A DNA stretch of 64,000 bases. It comes from the human T2T-CHM13v2.0 reference genome, Homo sapiens. The position numbers were made by a program, and so were the translations under genes. Shown here one piece after another: positions 42,981-56,364 of this stretch (positions are counted from its first letter, which is position 1; each line of letters opens with the position of its first letter). The stretch lies in NCBI RefSeq assembly GCF_009914755.1, contig NC_060927.1, one strand, 5' to 3'. Below the pieces are notes generated by a model. That model made no database searches. It was not told the DNA's origin and saw nothing but the letters and a program-made list of their open reading frames with translations.

Positions 42981-44456
42981 TTTGTCAGTCGCATGGCACC
43001 CCTAGAGATGATCTGGCCTGGAGTGTCACGTGTGCCTTTACTTTGTTTTTAAAGTCTCTTGGGGCACACACCCTGCTGAGTTTTTCTGACAGGGTCAAGT
43101 CAGCAGGCATGGGAACTCTGACCTTGCTTCTTACTCCTGTACTAGTAGCAGGCATTCCGTTCTTGTGGCTTTGGGCCAGGATGAGGTCATGGTGACTAGT
43201 CTTTGGGAACTGGGAAGGGTTTTGATGGGAGGTCAAATGTGCTCTCTCCACTCAGGTGGTGCCCTTTTGTGGCCCTGAGGGCATTTGACTAAAGTAGGCC
43301 CATTTCATGAGATGGGCAGGTGTGGCCAGAGTAGAAGGATGGATGTCAGGTCTTGGAGACGGGCCAACTAGGCACGACTGTATGACATAGATGAGACTTT
43401 TGAGCTTGAAACACCTTGGGAACATGGCAGTGTATGGACACCGAGACCTCCTAGGACAGCAGCTGCCTAATGCAAATGACCCTGTTCCCTGCTAAGGCTG
43501 CAGTGAGATGCCCTCATGGAGGGGCAGCTGTGATGAGTGAGCCCCAGGCACTCTGTTGGTGAATATGTCCACTTCTGGAATGGAATCTCCCTAGTGGGTA
43601 TGGACACGGGCAGACCCAGAGGGGTCTAAGCACTGCACTGTTTCTTCCTTTGGCTCCTCTCCAGTCCGGGCCTTGGTAGCCTCTCCACTACCAGGTGCCT
43701 GACAGTCTACTGGGGGTTCCTAATCAACAGCAGCTGCTGTTGGTGGGGAGTCCCTGGGGTCTGTCACTTCTTCCCACTGCCTCTGTCTCAGTGCCTCCTG
43801 GGCTGTCAGTGTTCCCCTGTGGTCCTGCCTTGTATGAAGCGCTGGCCATGCTCTGTTGACTTAGATCATTTCAGCCAGTCTATGTTTTTTCTTGTTTTTG
43901 AAGTTTTGGGTTCAGCACAATTGTCAAAGCTTCAGTTGGCTCATGCCTGTCCTCACCTGAAGGCCATCAGTGGCAATTAAGATGCCTATCTCTTTATCTC
44001 ATCCCTTCACACATTTAAGGAAAGGTGATCACCCACCTACCTTCATTTAAATGCGCAGGAAAACAATCCCACTTCCCTTCAACTGTAAACCTCGAGAAAC
44101 TTGACTGCTCACAAGAGCCTTGTACGCATTTATCCATTGGGTAAAGGCCACGCCTTGCAGCAGACCATGGAAATACTAAACAAAACGCAATTCCTGCTTT
44201 AGAGGCTAGTAGCCCCATTCTGAGGTTAAGAAACGTGCCCTTTCAGTGTGGTTTCCCTGCTCTCTCAGTAGTGTGAGCTCCATCACTGCTGCACTTGACT
44301 CCTAAGCGCTGTGTGGGCTTGTGGTCAGCTGCCAGCCATGCAGCCCCAACGGGACTGCCACTTTTCCACTGGCCTCTGAAGTGCCAGTGTTCCCATGATG
44401 CTGATGTGTGAGGCACATGGCCATGTTCTGTTGACTTGAATATATTGTTTCAAGGG

Positions 44457-44682
44457 TTTTTTTGTTTTGTCGAGACAGAGTCTCACTCTGTCGCCCAGGC
44501 TGGAGTGGCAGTGGTGCCGTCTCGGCTCACTGCAACCTCTGCCTCCCGGGTTCAAGTGATTCTTCTGCCTTAGCCTCCCCAAGTAGCTGGGATTACAGGC
44601 CTGTGGGACCACTCCTGGCTAATTTTTAGTAGAGATGAGGTTTCACCATGTTGGCCAGTCTGTTCTCAAACTCCTGGCCTCA
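44457..44682 (-). mobile_element. Truncated Alu
   Basis: Antisense Alu lacking its 5' end. Confidence 0.88.
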
Positions 44683-45434
44683 ATGTCTCTTCTAATCAAA
44701 GATGGCTTCCTTGAGGTGGTAGCAGATTGGAGGGTGTTCTGGAACCTTTATAAGCTTTAAAAGGAAAGGTAATTAGTGAAGTTGGACTTGAAGAAGAGTG
44801 AGATTCCCGGGCAAGGGCAATTTACCTAATCTTGGCCTTTGTTCCTCTTTGGATTGGTCCCAGGACTGTGCTGGCTTTCTGAGCATCTTTTAGTCTGGAG
44901 ATAACTGAGACCTGGAGGGGCCACTCAGGGATGTTCCTAACTGGTGTGGTGTGGGGCTGGGGATGGAATATGGCAGCTAGATGTTGTCAAAGGTCATTAT
45001 AGTTCACCTTAAGTTCTTGCCTTTAAATGGCTTTCTGAAAATCACCAGAAGCATGAGAGATCCAGTCCCTGTACCCTCTCCCCCCTTCCTAATCCCCTAG
45101 CCATGGCAAGCAGAGTGGGGATGAAGGAATATATCGTACCCCTGACTCAGTTCTGCCTGGAGGCTCCCTTCCCATCAGCCTTTCAGCAGAATGGAGATTA
45201 GGGGAATGCGTGTGGATTTACTCTCATGAGTGTGTCCCATCTTTACCCCTTCGGAGTTGGTGGACAGCCCAACTCCACCAGTAGGAGGAAGAAGCAAAGC
45301 AGCAAAGGGCTTTAGGTAGTGGACATACCACCCAGGCATGACAAAAGGGACTCTGTGGAGCACACACTTCAGGAACTGTTTTTGAACCCCCCCATTTATG
45401 ACTGCACCACTTAAACACAGACAAGAAGCTTTGT

Positions 45435-48400
45435 TTTGAGAATTAGGACAGTTTATTGTTTGACCAACATGCTGAGTCTTTTCCACATTTTACACAGTTT
45501 AATGTGAAATCAACATGGCGGCTATGTCTTCTGAGCCCATAACAGATGGAATTGCCACCCTCTGTGCTCCTCACAGCCAATCACTTTAAAGGGATGGGTG
45601 AGGGGAAAGTGAGGGGAGAAGTGGACACACACCGCGAGATGCAGGCTGGCCTTCAATGCTATGGAGGCTTCCCACCTCCTGAAGGAACCATCTAAACCCC
45701 TGCTGCAAGGATTTCCTGATGAAACCACACACTGCTGGGAGTGCCAACCAGACAGGGGTCTGGAGTCCAAGGAGTTTGCACATTGAGATCCCAAGGTTTT
45801 GGAACACCTAAATAGTTCATGTCAAACAAAAATTCAAAGGGTGTCCTGATCTGTGTGGGTGCCCATGACAATCAATCAGAGTAGACTTGGGGACTGGCCC
45901 TTGTGCAGTAGAGGAGCCCAAAATACCACCAATATTCTCACTCATATGCTGGGAAGAACCTAGTGTCCTAACCAAAAAGAGTAGAGATGGTCTGAGGAAC
46001 ACACCCACACACAGCAGTCCTTGCTGTGTAATAAATATGGAGTCACATTTGTTCACACACAGGGCAGCAATGGATGAAAAATGGAAACTTCACTGGTTCT
46101 GATCACTCCTAACTTGCTGGGTGATCTTAATAAGCAAGTTGCCCTTCTCCATCCTGGTTTTCCTGCCTGTAGACAGGAAAAGTTGTGACAGCTCTGCTTC
46201 ACATAGCTGTAACAAGGTGACAATGCCTCACATTCTTTGGGGAGAGGCAGTTCGGAAACGAGTGTGCGCACAATCTGCTCGGTTGATGCACACAGACATC
46301 CTTCTGTTCAGCTGCCCCTCAAGTGGCTCAGACATGCCTCACTGTCCTCGGCTACCTGGTCCCATCTCATCCTGACATCCTCACCTGCCTTCCATCTTGT
46401 GAAGGAATGAGGCTGCTCTACCTGCAGGATGCTGAAGCCAGGAGGGCCATCCCTTTATTGTCACAACTGGTATCCCAGGGCAGGGCCTCCCCGCACTGGC
46501 TAGCCACCAGGATGATGCAGACGTTGCACCCCAGATGTGTCTGCACTCTTAACTACCACCATTTCAATCCTTGTTTCTGTTGCCAGAGATACTGAAACTG
46601 GTCTGGCCATTGCTCCCCTCAGACCTGGGAACATGACTGAATGTTTAAGGATGACAAGAAGAGAGCAGCGATAGATAGCAAGGAGGCCTCTGACCAAGGG
46701 AAACTGCTGCCAACAGCTACCAAGCCAACTAGCCTTGGATCACACAACTGCAGCCATGGTGCTCATGATTCTGATGTCACACCTTCATGTTGATGTATGT
46801 ATGATCACCCAGCAAGTTAGGAGTGATCAGAACCAATGTGTTTCCACTTGTAAATAGGCTGTTTGCTTTTTCCATCTTACACTCAACTTTCCTGATGCCT
46901 GCAGAACAGGAGCTTTGTTGATAAGCTTTTAAGATTCACCCCCTTCACTCCCACCATCCCCAAAAAAGAAGGCCAAGAGGATCCTGCTAATCTGCCAGGT
47001 CACGTCTAGTCTTTGGGGAGAGGGACTGAATTGCTCAATTGAGAACATTTCCTCAAAGGAATCCTCCAATTTGCCCTCTGCTAACCCATCTGGATTCAGC
47101 AAAGATGCAATGCTCTTGCTGGGGTGCTGAGGCAATGCCATGACATCTTCTTCAAGAGCACCTAACAGTTTATTATGGAACCTTAACTCTGTGCCAATTC
47201 TACCTGCAAGCAAGGGGACAGGGATGGTGCCTGCTCAAGACAAAAATCAGGGAACCAACAACTTCTGAAAAAGAGGTCTGGCTGCCTTTCCACACCCCAG
47301 GAAGGGAGGGGCGGAAACCGCACGTGCCGAAGGGAGCGCCATGGAACCACTGAGATGGGAGGATGGGAGGAAGCCACCCTCAGCCTCAGAGGCCAAGGGG
47401 CTGGGGAGAACCCAAACTCAAAGAGAGGATGTTGTGTGCATGCTAGGAAAGGCAGGACTCACTAAGGCCATGTCAAACCAAATGCTATCTTTTACTGCTC
47501 CTCTAGGCCAGGATGGAAACACAGTCCACGGTGCCTTGGATGTGTGTGCCCCTGAGAAGGGAACTGAGTTTCTACTGTTTTATGGGATGTTTTTTTAAAA
47601 AAGCTAATCTTTAGTGCCAAGAAAATAAAAATCTACCATACGTTCATTCACTGAGACCCAGTGCAGATTCCTGTAAATGGGGCGGTCTCAGAGGCCACAG
47701 GTGATGGCCCCCGCTGCCAACCAGGCAGGACACTGTCATGTGGACTCCTGTAAATTCTCTCGAGGTAAGTAAGCACTCTTCCAACAAGCACCACTTGGGG
47801 GTGTGCCCATGGTGGGGGGACACTGGCCCACACAGGCATGCACACCCGTGCATATAAAGTACATAGAGAAATGGTGGAGATATTCCCGTGGGCTATGTTT
47901 GCCTGTAGTTTAACACAACTATGCATTATTTTATTGATGGCAAGACAATCACAAGTTATTTGACAATATTAAGTATTTCTTATTTCAACACGTTGCAGTA
48001 CTTTTGAATTTCCAAAACTTATCACAATGCAAGTTCCAACTTGAGAGCAGGAGAAACAAGAATATACATTGAGCACATGTATCTCCGTGAGGATGTGTTT
48101 GTGGAAGGTGTATACACAAGTCTATCTCTATATATAATTATGTACACACATATAAAAACTAAACACATGACATCTGAAACACGTTCAAACATTGGTCCTT
48201 GCCTTCTGCAAGAGGTGCTCAGTGGGATCCTGCTTCCTCTCTTCTTCACCTGAAGATAAATTCCTTGCTAGAGATGAGCTCTGGCATACAGCCTCCTAGG
48301 CAGAGGGTGTGTGGCAGGCCCACTGCACAAATATCAGTCCTGCCAGATTCTGCTGCACTTACTGCCTGCCATTTCAGATTAATTTCTGAGAAGTTTCAAA

Positions 48401-49981
48401 ATTCATTCCAACGACCTTGTGGAGTTCAGCCCACCATACCCCAGATGGTCATTCATCCCATCTATGACATGCCCAGCAGCAGCCTGGAGGGAGAGCCAAT
48501 GACAGCAGGGAGGGTGGGGTTTACATTTTGGCCAGACTCACTGCCCATTGCACCTGGCTCTGTGCAGGCTCAGGGCAGTGAGTCTGAGTCTATTTGGAAT
48601 GCTGGCCAAGTAGGTTATATCACTTAGTGGGAAGAGAGAGTTCTCTTCAGAGACTTTGCAGATTCTCAGGACTAAGCCATTCTCAGGAATGAATCAAAAA
48701 TGGAAGAGATGGCTCTCTGGGGGCAAGCAGCCTTCTGGAGACCCCACCTGAACCACATCCTCAGGTGACCACAGCGCAGCCACAGTAGCCACAAAGATAT
48801 GTCCACAAAGACTTCAACTGCGCCATGCCACTGGGGTGAAAACATAGCAACAAATCAGCTTTTCCAGAAAGCACTCAACAATATTAGCAGCTGAGGCTCT
48901 AAGAACATGGATCTTTCAAGGTGGTGGTTCTGCAGACAACACCCCCCCCCCCCCCGCCTCCCCATCACAGAGGATCAACTCCAGGTGGTCCAGCTTCCCT
49001 GACATCCAGGAGGAAGGCTTCAGGATGGCACACTGCCCAACATCACACACTGAGTTTCTTAGACTTGGCCCAGGCATGTGTACTGACTGCTGGGTGGGCT
49101 GGTTAAAATATTTTCAGAAGTACACATGGCACCCCAGTCTATAAACCACGCACCACGCAGCTGCAATTGCCAACAGCACCTCGTCCTTCTGATGGCCTCT
49201 TGCTCTGCCAGTCCCTGAGGGCACAGAGAACACAAGGTTGCCTGTACCCTCAACCCCCTTCAAGGCTTTTCAGGGAAAGAGAAGGAGAGGTGGGAGCAGT
49301 TCCTCTGGGGGCTGCTGCCGGGCTGCCTAGAGCCCACAGACCTTGGTCTCAGCTCCACACGAGGTTGACGACCCACTCTGGCCATGGAAAGACAAGAGTC
49401 AGAGCTACCTTTTCAGAGGCTGATGTGTTCAACCAATGTTTGATTTAACTGGAGTAGGGCCTAGAGAGTGGGGCCAGATGGCCCCAGACTGAAGCCTAAT
49501 TAATTTGCTCAGTTAATTGTTTTAATTTATTGGGCTGGGGATAGGAGGAAGGCAGAGGTGATGAATGGTTCAAAGAGAACAGGAAGGAGGAGGTGTGTGG
49601 AAAAGGTTCTCTATAAGTTTACAAATATACAAAAACAAAAAGCACATCTTTCAAATAAAAATGACTACATTTTTATCTGGCAAAAAATTGTATACACATG
49701 ATTTAAATTTTTTTTAAATTTTAACAGTTTTTGGCAATCTTAATAAAGTACAATATATTACAACCAAACCAAAAAATAGTTGTTTAAGTAACAGCCGTTA
49801 AGAGTGATGTGATCCCTGATGCCCAGCCTCCCTCCCCATCCCACCCTACTCCTAAAGACAGAGAGAAAAGAAAAATCCTCCCATCTTGATAACTCGGTTC
49901 CCTCCCCCCTTAGGAAGCTAGCCAATAGGAAGCAACACAACAAGCAAGGAGTGTCATGGGAAGCCACAGGTCGGCTCTGCA
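45435..49981 (-). other. RAB6B: RAB6B long 3' UTR (~4.5 kb)
   Basis: Follows the stop at 49982-49984; minus-strand AATAAA at 45452-45457 (also 47169, 47930, 49526); the distal end is inferred. Confidence 0.7.
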
Positions 49982-50046
49982 TTAGCAGGAGCAGCCGCCC
50001 TCGCTGGCCGGGGGCTCCTGGGGTTTGTCCAGCTTGATGTCGATCA
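49982..50046 (-). CDS. RAB6B: RAB6B last coding exon (C-terminal CXC prenylation motif)
   Basis: (M)IDIKLDKPQEPPASEGGCSC*. Confidence 0.96.
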
Positions 50047-51975
50047 CTGCAGGGGGACGGGCTAAGGAAGATGACTCTCCTGGACAAGCTGCCACCCCAC
50101 TTAGCCCTGTGCACTGTACCCTTTGGCTACTGCTCTGTTTCTCTGCAAACACCTAGGGACTTGGCTCTTGGTTTGGCTGGGCTAGGAAGGATGCAATACC
50201 AACTCCACCTTGCCTCCTCTTCCCTTCACCCGTCCACTTCCCCCAGCGCCTGTCCACCCAAGCAAAGCCTGTCTTGCCTGGGCCGTGGGATCACCATCTA
50301 TACCAAGGCCAGGGAGTCCCTTTCCCAGAAGCCTTCCCTCGACCAGTGCTCAAATGCCAGCTCCCAGCCCTGGCCTCAGCCCAGTTACCTGTCAGCCCCA
50401 CTCAAAGTGCAATGGAGATGAAGAGCCTGCTGGGTTCACATCTCAAAGCACAGGGGTATGTGGGCCTTGCCTAATTGGCAGCAGGAGCAAACCCTTCAAG
50501 CTTTAGTCAGAACACATCACTTAGATCCTGAGGATGGTTACTGTAAGAAGCCACATCCATGGGGCCTAAGCACAGCCCCCTCGCCAGCCCTTTCCACTGG
50601 TGCCCCCGGGGGCTGTGGGCTAAAGAAGCACTTATCAGAACCACCACAGGGACTGGTTCCAAATGCACAGCCAGGCTGGCCCTCTGCCTTCCTCATCGGG
50701 CTCAAAACCAACACTGTGAGATTTTAGCCTTGCATCAAACCAGACCTAATTATAGCTGAGGATCAGGCCCTTTGATACCTCACAGAATTGCTCTTCCTGG
50801 ACAGGGATTGCCTTAAGACAGGGGTGTGTGGGGTGTGGTGGTATAAGAAACACTGTTTTGGAACTTCTTGCTGGCATCCTAAGGATGCTTTTGTGGCTCC
50901 TATTTGAGGACAACAGGAGAGGTTCTTTTGTTTTAAGTACTATGAAAAGCCATGCTTCTCCTGAAGTTCACATTCTCTTTCCTTGCCTTGGCTGTGAGGA
51001 TGCTCAGAGCCAACTTTTTGGCCACCTCTAACAACCATGCGGCCATGGCATACATTTTGAGTATGACTTTATCTCTGACTTTTCTTTGCTTTTCCTACCT
51101 TTATTTTCCCCATGTGTGTGTGTACACACATACACATACAACTTTATCTTGTATGTATATGTATCTTATACCATGGCAGCCTATAAATGAGTAAATAGAT
51201 ACTAAGCCAGTGCCTTCCTTCCCACTGCCCACTGCAGCCCACCTTTTGTTCTCTCTACCCTAGTCAAGCAGCCTGCTTCTCTACTGCCCATCATTTTTGG
51301 TAAACCCACTGCCAGGAATGCCCTGCTGTTTCTCTCTGCCAGCTGCAGTTCTATGGCCCATGCCGGCAGTGCAGTCCTGTTCTGTATTGCTGGCCTGGGC
51401 ACAGGCCTCCTTGAGGTCTCCTGGTCTTCTCTGAGTGCCCCTCTGAGCCCAGCCAGCTCTCTCTCAGCATGGTGGCTTCCCAAAGCCAGCTCTGGTGACA
51501 ATCATGTCACACTCTGCTACAGAAACAAAGTGTCCACGGATTTCTCACTCTGGCATTTAAGGCCTCCCCATTTAGGGTCACCCCAAGCACCTGTTGACGC
51601 TAGCTTATCCCCTTCCCTCAATCACACACCAAGGCTCCACCAACCAGATTTTCCCTGCTTTAAACACGTCCTATGCTTTCCTTCTTTCCTTTGTTCATGC
51701 TGTTCTTTCCTTCTAGAAGTGATGCTCCCTCCCCCACACCCAGCCTTCCTCCCCATCTCCACCTGTAAAAATGTCCTCATTCCTTGGGCCAGGGTGCACG
51801 CATTAGTGGCCTCTCCTGCTGAGAGCTACCTCACTTCCACATTAGACCTCGTGCAGTGGGGAGTAAAAGAGCCACCTTCCAGCTGGGAAGCTGAGGTGCC
51901 CAGGTACAAACCCAAGGCTATCTTGACCCCAGCCTTCTACTTTCACTGACCTGGCTGTGCTAAGCCCCTTGTGGA

Positions 51976-52209
51976 TGGGCTTCTCAAACTCAACACTACT
52001 GACATTTTGGGCCAGACAATTCCTTGTTATGAGGGCGTCCTGTGCACGGAGGATGTTCAGAAGCATCCCTGACCACTATCTATGAGATGCCAGTTAAACC
52101 CCATTCCCCCTCCCCCAATTTATGGTGAGCCAAAACGTCTGAAGACATTGCCAAATGTCCCCTGTGGGGAGGGGAGGGAAGGGCTATCAGTCCTGGTTGA
52201 GAACTAGTG
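51976..52209. mobile_element. MER20 hAT element
   Basis: TTCTCAAACTCAACACTACTGACATTTTGGGCCAGACAATTC...GGTTGAGAACTAGTG. Confidence 0.75.
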
Positions 52210-52329
52210 GTCTAGCTTGAAGGTTGGCCACTGTTACAGCATTACGTTCTGCCCAGTATTGAAGTCACCTACGACCACTAAAAAAATCTCATGCGCAATT
52301 TGATCACAATACTTTTGTACACTGCACAG

Positions 52330-52706
52330 CAATAGTTCTCAAATGGATTGCATCAAAATTTTCTGGGATGTTTGTTAAAAATACGTCTCACTGGGTCCTA
52401 CCTTGGTAGATGTGGGGATGGGCCCCAGATGTGTGTTTTTAACAAGTTCTTTGGAGAGTCCCAATGCACAGACATCCGGGAAACCAATTCTACTGATACT
52501 TCTAGAACAGCACTGTCCAAAGAACTTTCTCCAGTGATGGAAATATTCTATATCTGCACTGTCCAAGATGTCACCATTAGCAACATGGGCAACTGGGCAC
52601 TTGCAAGGATGCTAGTGCAAGTGAGGAAATGAACTTTTAATTCAACTGAATTTTAACTAATTTAAGTCGGAACACCCACATGTGGCTGCAGAATTGGAGA
52701 GCACAG
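52330..52706. mobile_element. Adjacent MER5A-like and MER3-like hAT remnants
   Basis: MER5A-like ~52330-52492; MER3-like CAGCACTGTCCAAAGAACTTTCTCCAGTGATGGAAATATTCTATATCTG from 52508. Confidence 0.6.
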
Positions 52707-55700
52707 GCCCAGCTCTTCCGCTAGGAGCCTTCCCAAAGGCTCTCATTTAATGACACCTCCTTCCTTGTTACGCCACATGCTGCTGAAATGCAGTGCTCAG
52801 GGGCTGCCCGCTGATTGAGAGGACAGGGAAGAATGACTGGACCCATGTCTAAATAATGTCCCAGAAGGGGAAACTCACGGTTTCTCACAAGCCTCAAGAG
52901 GTTAGATATGTGCCTTTCCGGCAGGCATGGCCAGAGCACACCCGCCTCTTCCCTCTGGGTCAAGTGTGGCCCATCACGGGCCACATTCAGTGCCCAATGT
53001 CCCTTCTCCCTGGTTCCTGGAAGTGATGGGTGGGCCCAGACAGCCTGTTACAAACTTACCCCCTACTGCTGGATATGCTTCCCCAATCCCAGTGCCTCTG
53101 ACTCTACTGCAGCACAATCCTGTCTGTATCTGGAATGTCAAAGCACACCACAGCCCCATCAGAGAGTGCAACAGGGCTGTGGAATCCAGTCATTTGGATG
53201 TGGTTCCAGCTCTGAATTAAGGAGCTGGGAGGCCTTGAGCATGCTCTATCTGGTTTGCGGCGTCACTGTCCTCACCTGCTTAGAGCCACTTCATGAAGTG
53301 CCCACACTACTGCTCTTTCTTTGTGTAAGCCAGCCTTGTTCAGAAACAGTCTGGGGCCCATGTGATGGGCGCATACTGTATTTGGGTAGAAAGTGGGGGT
53401 TGGGGGGTTGTGTATGTAGAACCAGTAAGGGGCTTATGGCTCTACCATTTGGTGGCCCCTTGGCTCCTACTTTGTTGAGAGCAGACCAGTGGAGGGTGCT
53501 GCTGGGCAGAAGTATTGGCCAGAGCGGCCCTGAGGGGTCCTCCTGTCTTGAACGTGAAGAAGAGGTGCAGCAGCCCCCCATCTAGACCTGCAAGCAGCAG
53601 ACGGAAACCTCATGCCACACATTCACCAAGTCCTGAGCTGAGCAAGTGAGGCCAGGTGTGAACAGTTTATACAGCGCCACAAAGCAGTGCTTCTGTGTGG
53701 CTGCTCTCAATGTGGAACACAATTATGAACATGACCCCAAAGCACACACCTTCAAAACACCTGGATTTGGACTGTGAGTAAGCAGAAATGCCAACACCCC
53801 ACCCCGAAAGAAGCAGAATGACGGCTGCCTCTGCCTGGTCCCTCTGGGACCTCTGGTGGCCGCTCTAGCACCTGCCTCGTGAGAGGCCCAGCAAGCTGGC
53901 TCCTGGGCAGAAGTGAAAGGATGGGGGTACATCTACCCAGATGAGGGGACCCCTTAGCTAGAAAAAGGGACACAGGTCACAACACCCTGTGCAGTCTGTT
54001 TGCAACCTGCCATGTATCCTTTCTCCCAAGGGGCCCAAAGGTCAGTGGTAGCTGGATGAAACGCTAGGCATACCAGGACGATGACGAGCTCACTGTCACC
54101 CTGCACTCAGCCCAGTCTGACCTGACTGTGGGCCCAGCCTGGAGCCCTCAACAGCGCGACTCTGGGAGAATGTGAATGAAACGATCACCACTCACCCCGG
54201 CCAGTGTGCCACACCTTGGGAGCTGGTGGGATGGAGAGCGGGCAGTGCAACCCTTCCCCTTGCTGGCAGGCACAGCGGAGATCGCCTGCACCTTGTCTGC
54301 CCCTCTCCCTTGTTCCTGCTCCTATGTTTGCCCTTCAGGTTGGCTTCTGTATGTTCCTGGAACCTCAAAGGAGTCCCATGTGACAGGTGATTCCACAGGG
54401 GCTCTCTCCTGAGCTCTGGAGCCTGTCTCTGCTACTGAGAGCCGTGGGGTGCCCTAGTTTAAGTTTCTGAGCCTCAGTTTCCTCATCTGTGATTGGAGTC
54501 TCATAACTGACCAACCAGGAGATACTCCTCAAACCCCCTCCTCTCGGCCACTGCTTGTCCTCTGGTGACACACAGACCGTGGGACTGCTGGGGCACCTGC
54601 TCCTTGGTGAGCCTTCCTGACCCCCCCGGGGGGTGGGTCTCGAGTCTGCTCTGAGAGCTCCTTGAGCAAGGCTGGAGAGGCCTAGCTTCCCTCCAGGCCT
54701 GTGTCAGGCTCCCCCTTGCTGCAGCCCTGGGACTCCTGGTGTCCTGCCCGCCCTGCCCCAGCAGCTCCATGAGGCCTCCAACATTAAGCTGTGTGCTTCT
54801 TTTGCTTTTGATTCTCATCAGCCCAAAGGTGCCCTTCCATCTTCCCAGGGCCCTTCTTTGATCTGTCAGGGATGTCTACCCTCAGAGGCCTATAGGATCA
54901 GTGGGGGATGTTGGAGAGCTGCTGTGTAGGGACAGGTCCACTGTAAAGGATGCCAGCCAGGGATCTGCATGCTTGTTTTCTGGTGGCTTACTCAGGCAGG
55001 GACATCTGACTAGATGCAGGGGAGGCCCAGGTGTGGGCAATGGCTTCCCCTGCTGAAACAGTTTTCATCTGATTCTCTCAAATGCCCTTAGAGGGACAGT
55101 GTCCCACATGGAATAGGGCTGGATATGGAGGAAGCAAGCCTGAGTGTGAATCCTAACTGTAACTTACATGCTGTGTGACACTGGGCAAACCAGACTACCT
55201 CTCTGAACCTCAGTTTCAGCATCTAGGTGTCTCTTCAGGTTGGGGCTGGTTTGTGGGTGATGCGCAATGGTCCCACAGATCAGTGGGGAGCCTCAGGAGC
55301 TGTTCAGGGCTGGGTAGAGAAGGTGGGCGGGACAAGGAGGGGGCATCTGTCTGAAGGGGGGAGCTGTCTTGAGTAGACTGAACCACGTTGAGATCATATC
55401 CCCAGTGACAGAGACTTCCCTGCAGTGGAGACTCTGCCTGTGTTCATGAAACCCATAAACATGCTCGCTGTAAAGAAGGGCAAAGTCGCTGTTTCTCACT
55501 CCCCACCCCACAGCATCACTCTGTGCACACCCCTTTGGTATCTTCCTGCTATTCTGGAAGAAGAAGTAGATGGTTAGAGCCAGACGGGGGCTCCAAACCA
55601 TAGGGTTCAGCTGCATCCCGCCTAGAGGAGGCCCCGTGCCATTCGCGGCAGACCAGGGAAGGCTGGGCGGGGACTGGGCGAGTGTCTGTCCACTGCACTA

Positions 55701-55764
55701 ACATATTCAGTGAATAAATGGCTTCTATACATCTTTTCACTCACTTGTCAAAGGAAAAGGATAC

Positions 55765-55831
55765 TCCCTTCTTTGCTTTTCTCCTGGACATTCTCCATTC
55801 CGGGTAGAGCCGACGCCACACGTCGAAAAAG
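55765..55831 (-). CDS. RAB6B: RAB6B coding exon (LFRRVASALPGMENVQEKSKEG)
   Basis: 67 nt; CAG| acceptor; U12-type donor. Confidence 0.96.
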
Positions 55832-56364
55832 CTGGAAAGATGAAGAAATGCAGTGTGAACCCCAACCCTGGCTCTCCCCTCTGCTCCTCACTGCACCTGC
55901 ACCCTCACCCCTCTTCCCCTCCCAACCTGCAGCTTTACTCTCCCATCTGCCCAGCGGACGGTGCCCTCAAAGGCAGGGGCTGTGCCTATGTTCTCTCTCC
56001 CCCACCTCTCACAGCATTGGGTCTGGGCAGGCCTCAGTAGCTTGTGGAAGGAAGGAACAAAGCTGTGGCCTCTCACCCAAGCAGACTGGCCATAGGGTCA
56101 CTGGGATGAGCTTAGGTCATGGCAGTGACTGCAAGGGACTTCCTCTGGTGCAGAAAATGGTTTGGGCCTCTGGGTGACAGGCCTTAAGGTGGGCTTCTGC
56201 AAACAGCCCTCATGGGGACCAGGCATGGGGAAGTGACTTGCCCTTGAGATGAATGACTCTGCTTGGGGAGCCCTGCAGGTCCGGCGCCAAGGCAGCGAAC
56301 AGCAGGGCCAGGGCTGCATGGGCACAGTGGCGAGGCTTCTCTGAGAGCGCGAGGGATGCAGGAG

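Larger units (their letters stand above)
50047..55764 (-). other. RAB6B: U12-type (minor spliceosome) GT-AG intron of RAB6B
   Basis: 5' splice site GTATCCTTTT; branch-like TTCCTTAGC with its A 17 nt from the 3' end. Confidence 0.88.

Noticed and set aside
52908-53585. 225-aa ORF on the + strand, and similar ones at 51353, 59115, 60099
   Set aside because: Antisense to RAB6B in GC-rich intronic sequence with no recognisable protein features.
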